A stretch of DNA of 35,800 nucleotides. Origin: Octopus bimaculoides. Taxonomy: Eukaryota. A program made the position numbers and the translations under genes. Of this stretch, positions 1 to 10,119 are shown one piece after another (position 1 is the stretch's first letter; every line of letters starts with the position of its first letter). The notes beneath the pieces were generated by a model. It was not told where the DNA came from. It searched no databases and was given only the letters and a program-made list of their open reading frames with translations. The stretch is from the NCBI RefSeq assembly GCF_001194135.2, contig NC_068989.1, positions 20,000,535 to 20,036,334 on the forward strand, in the 5' to 3' direction.

Positions 1-34
1 TGCTTTACAGAATATTTGGGTATCTCATGTTTGC

Positions 35-100
35 TTATGAGTTCAAAAACCGCCAATATCGATTTAACTTTTAATTCCTTTGGTGAAATCGATAGGTACG
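35..100 (+). mobile_element. Decayed fragment of the tRNA-derived SINE family seen intact at 31388-31590
   Basis: tgagttcaaaaaccgccaatatcgatttaacttttaattcctttggtgaaatcgataggtac aligns by eye to tgagttcaaattccactgaggtcgactttgcctttcatcgaggttgataaagtaattac at about 31464-31522. Confidence 0.5.
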
Positions 101-229
101 TTTTAAGAACAAATGAAGTCAGTTGGGTCTTGCGCTATCTAGATCTTACTGCATTACCTACATTTTATTTTTAGATTAATTATCTATTTTCCTATATATT
201 ATCACCTATCGCTTCTTTTTCCACGACCC

Positions 230-582
230 ACTTTTATTTTCCTTGCATTCCTCCAAATTGAGACTTACCGTCGCCCATGCCTTTTACGATTCACCGCTTT
301 CACTTCTGTTCCCATCACTACTGTATCACCATCCTTTCAATCTCTCGCAAACCCATCCAGCAACCCAGCCGTCCCCGATTCTCTATCATTTTCTATCTAC
401 CTTGTATCTTGAGAGTACACACTAGAACTTCAACTCCACCGTTTTTTCTATCATTCTTTCCGCGACAGACGTGTAAATTTTCTACAGCACGACGCTTGTT
501 TCTGCCCCTCTTTCTTATTTTAACCTCCCTACACCTGACCCAAAGCAGTCTCCCTCAATACTACTCCTCAACTCGTGCCTAG
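230..582 (-). mobile_element. Very old RTE-like LINE remnant (RT C-terminal region)
   Basis: Purine-rich on the minus strand. Shares gtgtgtactctcaagatacaaggtagatagaa with 15345-15380 (gtgtggacccttaaggtacaaggtaagtagaa). The broken translation ends in EVKAVNRKRHGRR, resembling the RTE GxRxRGRP motif. Confidence 0.4.
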
Positions 583-583
583 G

Positions 584-772
584 GGTCTTGGTGACCTTTC
601 TAGTGCTGGTGTCACAAAAAGCACCTAGTACATTCTGTAAAGTGGTTGGCGTTATAAAGGGCATCCAGTTGTAGAAACCTTGCCAAAGCAGACATTAGAG
701 ACCCTTGGACTAGTCAGATCTTGTCAACTCATCCAACCCATGCCAGCATGAAATACATAAGTTAAAAGGCGA
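584..772 (+). mobile_element. RTE 3'-tail element (5'-truncated LINE end or SINE tail)
   Basis: aagcacctagtacattctgtaaagtggttggcgttataaagggcatccagttgtagaaac...ccaacccatgccagcatg matches the 3' UTR of the LINE at 1571-1760 in reverse complement. Confidence 0.8.
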
Positions 773-1222
773 GGAAGAATTACCTCCCCTGTATATCTTG
801 GTCAGAGTTCTTGGTCATAATTAGCTAATGATTTGATCTCATCATGATGGGTAATTTTAATTGACATTTCTTGCTTCACAACATTAAGTATTTTTGTAAG
901 ATCATACCATTTAGTTTTTATGCTGAGCATGTTCCTGGTTATTTCCTCCAGTCCTTCAATTATATCTCTGCCTTATTGCCGAAAAAAGTTATCTCTATGA
1001 AAGAAAAGGTATTTAAAATATTTCAATTGATAAAGGATTTATTCTCATTAATAAATGATTAAACATTGAAAAGAAATGGTGATAATATGAGGAAAGGAGG
1101 TTCCAGCTGGATGTGGAATCTGATTTGCAGAGAATGTAACTGGATTTGCTGAAATATTATTTAATTGTCTGATAGTTAATGGCTAGATGATAACCTCAAC
1201 TTGTGATATATGTATATATATT

Positions 1223-1560
1223 ATGGCTGTGTGGTAAGAAACTTGCTTCCCAACCATATGATTCGGGTTCAGTCTCACTGCATGGCACCGTGGGCAAGTG
1301 TCTTCTATAGACTTGGGCCAACCAAAGCTTTGTGAGTGGATTTGGTTGACTGAAACTGAAAGAAGCCTGTCAGGTGTGTATCTGTGTTTGTCTCCCACCA
1401 CTACTTGACAACTGGTGTTAGTATGTTTATGTCTGTAACTTAGGGATTTGGCAAAAGAGAGCAATAGAATAAGTACTGGGGTTGATACATTCAACTAAAA
1501 ATTCTTGAAGGCAGTGCTTCAGCATAGCTAGTCTAATGACTGAAACAAGTAAATGAGAAA
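1223..1560 (+). mobile_element. tRNA-derived SINE with CORE-like domain (octopus OR-type), near full length
   Basis: Head atggctgtgtggtaagaaacttgcttcccaaccatatgattcgggttcagtc, CORE-like ggcaccgtgggcaagtgtcttct, then ccaaagctttgtgagtggatttggt and tail gtctaatgactgaaacaagtaaa. More than 8 related copies in the window. Confidence 0.8.
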
Positions 1561-1570
1561 AAATATATAT

Positions 1571-2934
1571 ATCATCATTTAGTGTCCATTTTCCGTGCTG
1601 GCATGTGTTAGACAGTTTGACTTGAACTGGTAAACTGGAAAACTACACCAGGCTCCGATCTGTTTTGGCTTGGTTTCTACAGCTGGATACCCTTTGTAAC
1701 ACCAGTCACTCCACAGAGTGTACTGGGTGCCTTTCACATGTCAGTGGCATGGATGCCATTTACATGTTACCGGCACTAGCCATGCCAATGATTTCATTTA
1801 GCTTGATGTGTCTTTCCAAGCACAGCAAATTGCCGAAAGTTTTGGTACCCTGTATTCGCCTCCATGAGACTCAACATCTGAAGATATTTCACCACCTTAT
1901 CCCATGTCTTTCTGGGTCTACCTCTAGAGTTAGAGATTGGCCCTTCTTTATGCAGCTGTCCTTGTCCATATGCATGACATGGCCATATCAGAACAATCTT
2001 CTCTCTTGCACATTACATCTGATGCTTCTTATAAGCAATTTTTCTCTCAAGATACATACACTGTTGTACATGCACACTGACATTGCACATCCTGCAAAGC
2101 ATACTAGCTTCATTTCTTTCAAACCTTCACATCTCCTCTTCTGTCACAGCCCCTGTTTCACTGCCTTGTAGTATGCCTGTTTGCACACAAGCATCATGCA
2201 ATCTGCCTTTCACTTTGAGGGAGAGGCCCTTTGTTACCAACAAAGGTAGTAGCTCTCTGAACTTTGCCCAGCCCGTTCTTCTTCTAGTAACTATGCTCTG
2301 AGTGTCCTCCTCTACAGCTGAATTGGTCACCTAGGTAATGGAAGCTATTTACTACTTCTAAATACCCATCTGGGCATTTGATGAAGTCTATTCTTTGTGC
2401 ATTCCTAGTGTTTATTGTGCCTTCACATCTACCCCATAAAATGACTTCCTTCTCTGTTAACCTTCCTCTGATAGTGTTGTACCTCTTATGTGTCTTTAGC
2501 TTGCACTGGGTACACCTTATGCACTTCTACCTATATCTTTTCTGCATATTGAACAGGGCCATCTCCCTGGGGGATTTGTGATTTATCTGTTTTCCTACTT
2601 ACTAAGACTTAGGTCTTTGCTAAATTACTTCTGAGGCCCTTTGATTCCAGACCTTGCTTCTTCTAGTTCTGGTAGTGATTCAGCATAGAGCTCCCAAGGG
2701 CAACCTGTCTCAAATTCCTGTCTTATGGCCTGGAAGATTATGATGAGCAAGAGGGGGCTGAGAACCTGTTCCTGGTGAACTCCTACCTGTGTACTGAATT
2801 CATTGCTATACTGTTTACTGACTTTCACCTTACTGACAGCATCCCTGTACATTGGTTGTACAGCTCTCACCAACCACTTATCTATCCTTGGCTTCTGCAT
2901 TGACCACCACATAAGGGAGCTGGGGACTGTGTCA
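1571..2934 (-). mobile_element. 5'-truncated RTE-clade LINE: RT domain, C-terminus, 3' UTR and (GAT)n tail; inactivated
   Basis: Minus-strand peptides DTVPSSLMWWSMQKPRIDKWLVRAVQPMYRDAVSKVKV...QVGVHQEQVLSPLLLIIIFQAIRQEFETGCPWELYAESL (YADD destroyed), SFHYLGDQFS and RRTGWAKFRELLPLLVTKGLSLKVKGRLHDACVQTGILQGSETGAV are typical RTE RT motifs. Contains frameshifts and stops. Confidence 0.95.
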
Positions 2935-3789
2935 TCTATACATACATATATATGGCAAGCTTTATATTCTACTTAATGTGGATAGGGTATTGCTAGAATG
3001 CTGTATTACTGCAATATTCACCTTGAGTGATCCTCTCAGATAGTTGTAAAGTGCTAAGAAGCACTGGCATATCGTTAGTGGACAAGAATTGTCTAGCATG
3101 GGTGATACAACTGCTAGAGCATATGCTTCATCTGTAACAGGCATCCACTCACCGCATGTCAGCCAAATCCCACTGCTAATGATATATAGAAAAACAATGA
3201 CTGTTCAGTCACTGATGTCGTAAATAGCTGGTAGTCTTTTCAAAAAATTGATATTAACAATGGAAGCAGTATTAATTCTGATTGACAATCTTTATATCCT
3301 ACTTAACATGGGTGTAATGTAGAACAGCATCTGCTAATGATATACCTGTACTTCTTAGCTCTTTATATCTATATGAGAGAATCTCTCAAGTCGAATATCA
3401 CAGTAATATGACATTCTAACTATACATCTACATTATGTAGGTTATAAGGATTGCCATTCAGTGTTAATACTACTTCCATTGTTAATATTTAATACATATA
3501 CCTTTCAGAGTAAAGTGTTAGATGAGTATAGAGTAGTAATAAGAAAAAAAAGATGACACAGGAAAAACAATGGTTATGTTATGAACTTCATTAGCTTACA
3601 GCTGTTTCTGCTGTCTGATGCAGTGGACTTGTAGTTGAGTGCCTGAATAACATCCTACAGCTTCATTGGAATCTTGAATATGAAGTGCAATTTATTTGGG
3701 GAAAAAAAGAATTACATTTGTGCAATATATGGGATCAATCGTAGTATTTGAATAAAGAAGCAAGTATGAGATGTTCAAATACTTAGATT

Positions 3790-3915
3790 TTCCTCAAATC
3801 ACATTCTGCGAACTTAAAAACGGGAAAGAACAGATTGATAATATTGTTCTAGATACACTGTGCCTGGAAAAAGAAATGGCTGGTCACAGCAGGATTGCCT
3901 TTGATCATAGGACCA
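3790..3915 (+). repeat. Dispersed repeat family D (unassigned, SINE-like), partial copy
   Basis: cctcaaatcacattctgcgaacttaaaaa...tagatacactg...gctggtcacagcaggattgcctttgatcatagg has similar copies at 12265, 19355, 19975 and 21495. Confidence 0.6.
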
Positions 3916-4231
3916 GATGTTGCATCTCCATGTGAGACACATTCTCTGTGTCTCAACCTACCTTGTTAGAAAAAGTTCCTCTACCATTTACAGAAGAATA
4001 TTTTGCTGTAGGAAGGAGCTATCTAAACAACTTCCACATGTTTGTTTTGGAAAATAAATTATGGATTTGGTACCTCTACATACAAATATTTATTTACAAT
4101 GTGCAAATTTCTGAGCTCTTCTAATACTTTTCTCTGCAATATCTTTACACAGTTTTTTTTAACTCATTCCGTCTATGTTCACTAATTTCTATCTGACATA
4201 ATACATTTTTCATTATGTGTGTATGTGTATG

Positions 4232-5144
4232 CAGTAGTCCCTTGGTATTCACAGGGGTTATGTTTCTAGAACATCCACGAATAGTGAACAACTGCAAATA
4301 TTGGACTTGGTCCATAAAAATGCCTATAAATGTCAGAATATAATGTAAAAATATATATATATAATATTTAATAATAATTTAATAAAAACAAGTAAAATGT
4401 ATGGTTACTCACCAATAAAGAATGATATTGATTTAAGGTGGTGATGATGAAAATAATGAAGGTAATGACTGCACAGCAAAGAAGATTAAAGCTCTTCAGG
4501 TGTTTTAGGGGATGTCGTATCTTCATGCAAGGCTTTCTTGGTGGACTTGAGGAACATTGTGATGGGATGTTGCTGTCGTTTCTTCATGGTGAGGAAAGTT
4601 TTATATGCCTGCATGGCAGCATCAATGGCATTTTTAGATTGGAGAGACCGAAGCATATAGGGATCCCAATGCTTCTGCCTTCCCTTGCAATTCCTTTGCT
4701 GTCCTTAAAAGGTTGTATCCCAGCTAATGCTGTCTCTCCATGTAGGGAAACCCACTTTATTTTAAACTGTTTCTGGAAACGGTCAAATCATCCCTTGCTG
4801 GTTTGAAAATCTTCGGGCTCTGGTGCTGTCAATGGTCTTGGATGTGGTTCTTCAGTGCCTTCTGCTCTGTCTCTGTCAAACTGCTGGTATAATTTCCGCG
4901 CTTTCTCGCAGATGATGTTACTGCTCAAGGGGATGTTTTTCTTCTTGCAGTCACTGATCCACAATGCCAAGGTAGATTCTATCCTTACAAAGTGCTTATT
5001 TCTTATTATCGTTATCTTTTTGGCACTTTCACAGAAACTTACTGCTACGGTAGTCCTGATCGCCACCTCGTTCTTCTTTATGTAGCGTATAGTTATTTCG
5101 TTGACAACATAATAGCGACCTACTGCAGCATAATTTTTAACTTC
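4232..5144 (-). mobile_element. Tigger/pogo-family DNA transposon, internally deleted (DNA-binding N-terminus fused to C-terminus, DDE domain absent)
   Basis: Tigger-type TIR cagtagtcccttggtattcacagggg at 4232. Minus frame from 5144 reads EVKNYAAVGRYYVVNEITIRYIKKNE...LALWISDCKKKNIPLSSNIICEKARKLY...TSKG*FDRFQKQFKIKWVSLHGE (HTH-psq plus CENP-B HTH), then WDPYMLRSLQ...MKKRQQHPITMFL. The other end runs into the gap. Confidence 0.9.
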
Positions 5145-5429
5145 NNNNNNNNNNNNNNNNNNNNNNNNNNNNNNNNNNNNNNNNNNNNNNNNNNNNNNNN
5201 NNNNNNNNNNNNNNNNNNNNNNNNNNNNNNNNNNNNNNNNNNNNNNNNNNNNNNNNNNNNNNNNNNNNNNNNNNNNNNNNNNNNNNNNNNNNNNNNNNNN
5301 NNNNNNNNNNNNNNNNNNNNNNNNNNNNNNNNNNNNNNNNNNNNNNNNNNNNNNNNNNNNNNNNNNNNNNNNNNNNNNNNNNNNNNNNNNNNNNNNNNNN
5401 NNNNNNNNNNNNNNNNNNNNNNNNNNNNN
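5145..5429. other. Assembly gap
   Basis: Run of N. Confidence 1.
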
Positions 5430-5538
5430 AAAAAACCTACAAAAAAATCTTCATTGTGTTTAATATGCGCATACTACCAACGGAAGATTGAGCAAAGATT
5501 TTGAAAAATTTAGTTTGTATTACCACTAGATACAGTAA

Positions 5539-5752
5539 TCTATACTATAATAAGAGAGAGGTGGGGGCAGCAAGCAACCTAATTTCAATGAGGCTATATT
5601 GACACATGACCTTAAAAATTATCCTGTTGAAATAAAGAATGTGTATGATCAAATGTAGCAATGATTTAAAAAAAAGCGCTGGTATAAACTTAACATTCTG
5701 TGTTGTGTTGTATATATATTTCATCTGCTATCACTAGCCCAAGTAATACTAG
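5539..5752 (+). mobile_element. Possible short non-autonomous Helitron-like element
   Basis: Starts A|TCTATACTATAATAA and ends CTAG|T. A weak GCTA-tcac-TAGC hairpin lies about 10 nt before the CTAG. Confidence 0.25.
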
Positions 5753-5959
5753 TGCGATACACTGTGTATATATATATATATATATATACTTTCACTACAA
5801 TGAGAGGTTGTTGTTGAGAGACAAATACAGTGAGAGGGGGAGAGAGAGTGTGTACGTGTGAAATATAGATAGATGTCGCTATACTAATTAGCAAGGTTGT
5901 TTTGAGATCAGAAATGCAATGTACACAGCCCAGCCAGTAGAGATGTTGGAACAGAATGA

Positions 5960-6486
5960 ATAGGTTTGGTATCTGAATGTGGATCAGGACCTTGTCCATG
6001 ATCTATCTCAGGTTGTGAAGATTGAAGGCATTGAGACACTACTCCTAGAGTAGAGGATCCAGGTTTTGCTGGTGTAAAGCAGTGTGTAGAGGAAGCAATC
6101 TCTGTAAACTACAAATTTAGCCTTTCATTAGCTTGCTGTTCTTCCAGATTTTTTGTCAGCATGGTAAGTGTTGAGACTGTTCTTCTGGTCTGTCTGTTGA
6201 TCTTACACTCTAGTGAAAAGCTGTTTGTAATGATGGAGCTAAGCTGTGTGAACTTTGGGATAATCTCCAGTTTGTAGTCATTGATAGTTAGGGCAGAGAA
6301 TAGTTCAATGCCTTTGTTCAGTATTTTGCTCTTCTTTAGGCTGATAATGAAATTTAGGTTTTGGCAGGTTTGTGAGAAGCTATTTATAAAGCATTGATGC
6401 TAATCCACAGTGTTTGTTATCAGTACCACATTGTCTATAAACGTGGCCTTAATGAAGGCTTCACATAGTTTGGTTTTTGTCTCTGG
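5960..6486 (-). mobile_element. RTE-clade LINE fragment (BovB-like subtype), RT palm/thumb region
   Basis: Minus translation ATFIDNVVLITNTVD*HQCFINSFSQTCQNLNFIISLKKSKIL...TINDYKLEIIPKFTQLSSIITNSFSLECKIN...VVYRDCFLYTLLYTSKTWILY matches the RTE pattern FADD...GLTISLKKT...FTYLGS...LLYGSETW. Confidence 0.8.
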
Positions 6487-7000
6487 NNNNNNNNNNNNNN
6501 NNNNNNNNNNNNNNNNNNNNNNNNNNNNNNNNNNNNNNNNNNNNNNNNNNNNNNNNNNNNNNNNNNNNNNNNNNNNNNNNNNNNNNNNNNNNNNNNNNNN
6601 NNNNNNNNNNNNNNNNNNNNNNNNNNNNNNNNNNNNNNNNNNNNNNNNNNNNNNNNNNNNNNNNNNNNNNNNNNNNNNNNNNNNNNNNNNNNNNNNNNNN
6701 NNNNNNNNNNNNNNNNNNNNNNNNNNNNNNNNNNNNNNNNNNNNNNNNNNNNNNNNNNNNNNNNNNNNNNNNNNNNNNNNNNNNNNNNNNNNNNNNNNNN
6801 NNNNNNNNNNNNNNNNNNNNNNNNNNNNNNNNNNNNNNNNNNNNNNNNNNNNNNNNNNNNNNNNNNNNNNNNNNNNNNNNNNNNNNNNNNNNNNNNNNNN
6901 NNNNNNNNNNNNNNNNNNNNNNNNNNNNNNNNNNNNNNNNNNNNNNNNNNNNNNNNNNNNNNNNNNNNNNNNNNNNNNNNNNNNNNNNNNNNNNNNNNNN
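6487..7000. other. Assembly gap
   Basis: Run of N, followed by (CA)n. Confidence 1.
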
Positions 7001-7050
7001 CACACACACACACACACACACGCACGCACATATATATATATACACATATA
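7001..7050. repeat. (CA)n/(TA)n microsatellite
   Basis: Direct reading. Confidence 0.95.
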
Positions 7051-7215
7051 TACGACGGGCTTCTTTAAGTTTCCGTCTAACAAATCCACTCACAAGGCTT
7101 TGGTTAGCCCGAGGCTGTAGTAGAAGACACTTGCCCAAGGTGCCATGCAGTGGGACTGAACCCATGACCATGTGATTGGTAAGCAAGCTACTTACCACAC
7201 AGCCACTCCTGTGCC
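7051..7215 (-). mobile_element. CORE-like SINE, 5' half, well preserved
   Basis: gacgggcttctttaagtttccgtctaacaaatccactcacaaggctttggttagcccgaggctgtagtagaagacacttgcccaaggtgcc is the reverse complement of the 1223 family. Confidence 0.85.
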
Positions 7216-7449
7216 TATGCATGCATGTATGTGTTATTTTAGAGTCATTGTTTTACAGCCAGATGCTGTTCCTGTTAAGCCATGCCTATATATTTTCAAG
7301 TAAAGAATCTCTTTATTTCATGCATCTTTGAAAGTGCAAAACTAGTGGCTGATTTGTTAGGATAAATAACAAGTGTTACTGCTTTTAGCTGGTGGTATCT
7401 GAACAAACATATTGACACATGTGCATACACACACACATAGATATGTACA

Positions 7450-7600
7450 CATTCATACAACAAACTTTTTCAGTTGCTCTCTACCAAATCTACTCAAAGC
7501 TTTGCTTAGCTCAGAACTGTAGTTCAAGACACTTCCTAAGGTTCCGTGCAATGAAACTGAACCTGAAACTATACTTGCACCTATTATAGCAGTGTCTGCA
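7450..7600 (-). mobile_element. CORE-like SINE remnant, older
   Basis: cttttttcagttgctctctaccaaatctactcaaagctttg...gacacttcctaaggttcc. Confidence 0.65.
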
Positions 7601-7611
7601 CCTGTGTGTGT

Positions 7612-7835
7612 GTGTTTATGTATATATTCTTTTATTATTTTACCTGTTTCAGTCAGTTGACTGTGGCCACGCTGGAGCACTACCTTTTAGTCGAAGAAAT
7701 TGACCCTTGAACTTGGTCTTTGTAAGCCTGGTGCTTATTCTGTCGGTCTCCTCTGCAAAACCTCTAAGTTACAGGGACGTAAACACACCAACATGCACAC
7801 ATAAATATATACATACATATATATATATATGTGTG

Positions 7836-7879
<44 letters not shown>

Positions 7880-8010
7880 GCTTCTTTCAGTTTCTGTCTA
7901 CCAAATCTACTCACAAGGCTTTGGTCGGCCCGAGGCTATACTAGAGAACACTTGCCCAAGGTGCCACGTAGTGGGACTGAACCTAGAACTATGTGGTTGA
8001 GAAGCAAGCT
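7612..8010 (-). mobile_element. CORE-like SINE, near full length, with internal (TA)n expansion
   Basis: Tail tttcagtcagttgactgtggccacgctggagcac, body, (TA)n at about 7805-7873, head gggactgaacctagaactatgtggttgagaagc. Confidence 0.85.
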
Positions 8011-8439
8011 TCTCTCTCTCTCATATATATATGTGTGTGTGTGTGTATGTGTATATATGTGTGTGTGTGTGTATACACACACAATTTTAATGTGCATTAC
8101 ATAGTGTGTGACTAATCAGTGCAGCCCCTTGTCATTTTGTCTGTGAGATGTAACAACTTCAAATCTTGAATGTAGAGATTTTGTGAATATTTTTTAGAAA
8201 AAAATGAAGCAAGCATGCTTCTTCTGTTTATATGTAATAATAATGTACATGATTGACGGAGTACAAATGATGAATTCTCAGCCTTGTATTTGTTTGCTAA
8301 TTCTCTGAGCTGTGTTAGACTGAATATGTGATCTATTGTACTGTAGTTCTTACAGAAACCTACTTGCTCTCTCGGCTATTGGTTGTTGAGGTGTTTTAAT
8401 AGTCTGGTGATTGTGACCATTGTAAACAGCTTATAAAGG

Positions 8440-8960
8440 TGAGAGTATGCACTGTTTAAAAAGGCCAAAATATATCTGGCACTCTCACTGGCTGCTGCTG
8501 AGATAAATTTTCGTCTCTGATATTTATTGTTTTGAACACTACAAATCCTTAAGTGATGTTATCTCAGTATAAATACTGCAGTAATTGGCCTATTGACAGT
8601 GTGTAAACATTAAGTATGAGATTAGAAGGCTAGTTTAATTAAATACTGCCTCAGTTGCATATACCAAATTTTTAATCAACCAGGCAGCTATTTGCAACAT
8701 CAGTGAATGTTTTAGTCAAATTTCATTCTATCAGAGATGAGGAATTTTCATCTGTGCATGTGGTTGGCTGCAAGTACACACCATTAAAAAGTCTGAAATG
8801 CATTTGGCACTCTCTTGGTTGCTGCAGGGATAAATTTTCATCCCTCTGATGTTTGTGTTTTAACACAGCATGTCCATAACAAGTGTTATTTCAGGACAAA
8901 AACTGTGGTAACTGGCCTATCAACAGGGTATATAACATTAAGTATAATACATAGATGGCT
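8440..8960. repeat. Two diverged direct copies of an about 190-bp unit, 328 bp apart
   Basis: tggcactctcactggctgctgctgagataaattttc at 8477 vs tggcactctcttggttgctgcagggataaattttc at 8805. Similarity continues to taattggcctattgacag/taactggcctatcaacag and acattaagtat. Confidence 0.75.
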
Positions 8961-9159
8961 ATACCCACACACACACACTATTTTTGGGTATGTGACAGAC
9001 ATATTGACCTATTTAACAGCATTACATTTTGAATTGTTGATCCTGTAATGGGAAAATGGATATAAAAATGAAATTATTCCTTTTGTTAAATTACAAAAAC
9101 TAGTAGCAGCTTTTTTTTATTGCACAAAATTTGTTATATCATTTAAATTCAGCTACATG

Positions 9160-9430
9160 GACAGTGAATCTCTTGCAGCTGAAGAAGATTAAGAGCTATG
9201 TTTGATTCATTGGCGGTGTGATAGAACTTTGAAATATCGACTGGTTTTAATGGTTGGACAGTAAAGGCATTAGTTGATGTTTAAGCTTGCGAAGTGATTT
9301 GGATTTAAAATAAAAATAGACCTTGTGTGCCAAGTGAAAAAAATGCCATGAGTTATTAATGCCAGGAAGGAAGAGACCAGCCAAGGTAAATATAGTGAAA
9401 CAGACAGGCAACTATTCAAATTTGGCCAGA
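9160..9430 (+). mobile_element. Highly decayed RTE remnant
   Basis: Broken peptides TWTVNLLQLKKIK and KKCHELLMPGRKRPAK resemble the RTE motifs ETW... and VKKC...GRGRP. Confidence 0.35.
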
Positions 9431-9544
9431 TGCTGATAAAACATGTTGGTGATGATAATCATCCATGTTTTAGATGGGAATTTGGCATAAAGATAAGACT
9501 GCACTGGAAATGGGAATGCTTTAGCATGATGTTTTTATATATCT

Positions 9545-9950
9545 TTTTATCTTTTACTTGTTTCAATCAGTTGACTGTGGCCATACTGGAGCACCACCTT
9601 GAAGAATTTTTTTAGTTGAGTGAATTGCTGCCAGTACTTTTGTTCTTTTTTGAGCCTGATACTTATTCTATTGGTCTCTTTCGCCAAACTGCTAAGTTAC
9701 AGGGATGTAAACACACCAACACCAGTTGTCAAGTGGTGGTGGTGGTGGGAAAATGCAGACCCAAAGACTCTCTCATATACACACACACGCACACAACAGG
9801 CTTCTTTTCAGTTTTCATTTACAAATCCACTCATATGACTTTGGTCAGCCCAAGGCTATAGTAGAAGACACTTGCTCAAGGTGCATTGCAGTGGGACTGG
9901 AACTGGAACCATGTGGCTGGGAAGCAAGCTTCTTACCACACAGCCACGCC
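9545..9950 (-). mobile_element. CORE-like SINE, full length
   Basis: cttttacttgtttcaatcagttgactgtggccatactggagcacc ... gacacttgctcaaggtgcattgcagtgggactggaac ... cttaccacacagcc. Confidence 0.85.
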
Positions 9951-10119
9951 TTGCCAAGTTTAGTTTGCATTGAAGTCAAAATAGCGTTTCATTGTCTTGT
10001 GATTGTCAAAGTCTGAAATGGTAATTCTATAGAGAGGAGGGTTATGTTGGTAACAGGAACAATAATTAACTTGGTCATCTTTAGTTATCTGTCTATTTCT
10101 TATTTTCTTCAGTAATTTT

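Noticed and set aside
871-1062. 63-aa ORF MLHNIKYF...
   Set aside because: Starts at TTG inside AT-rich sequence and has no recognisable domain. Only a sub-part is kept as a weak exon candidate.
1665-2171. 168-aa ORF on the plus strand
   Set aside because: Antisense to the RTE LINE 3' region.
4438-5085. Plus-strand ORFs of 122 and 76 aa
   Set aside because: Antisense to the Tigger transposase.
6400-7222. ORFs of 198-253 aa; similarly 4992-5504, 13959-14464 and 30653-31417
   Set aside because: They span N gaps and their length is an artefact of X residues.
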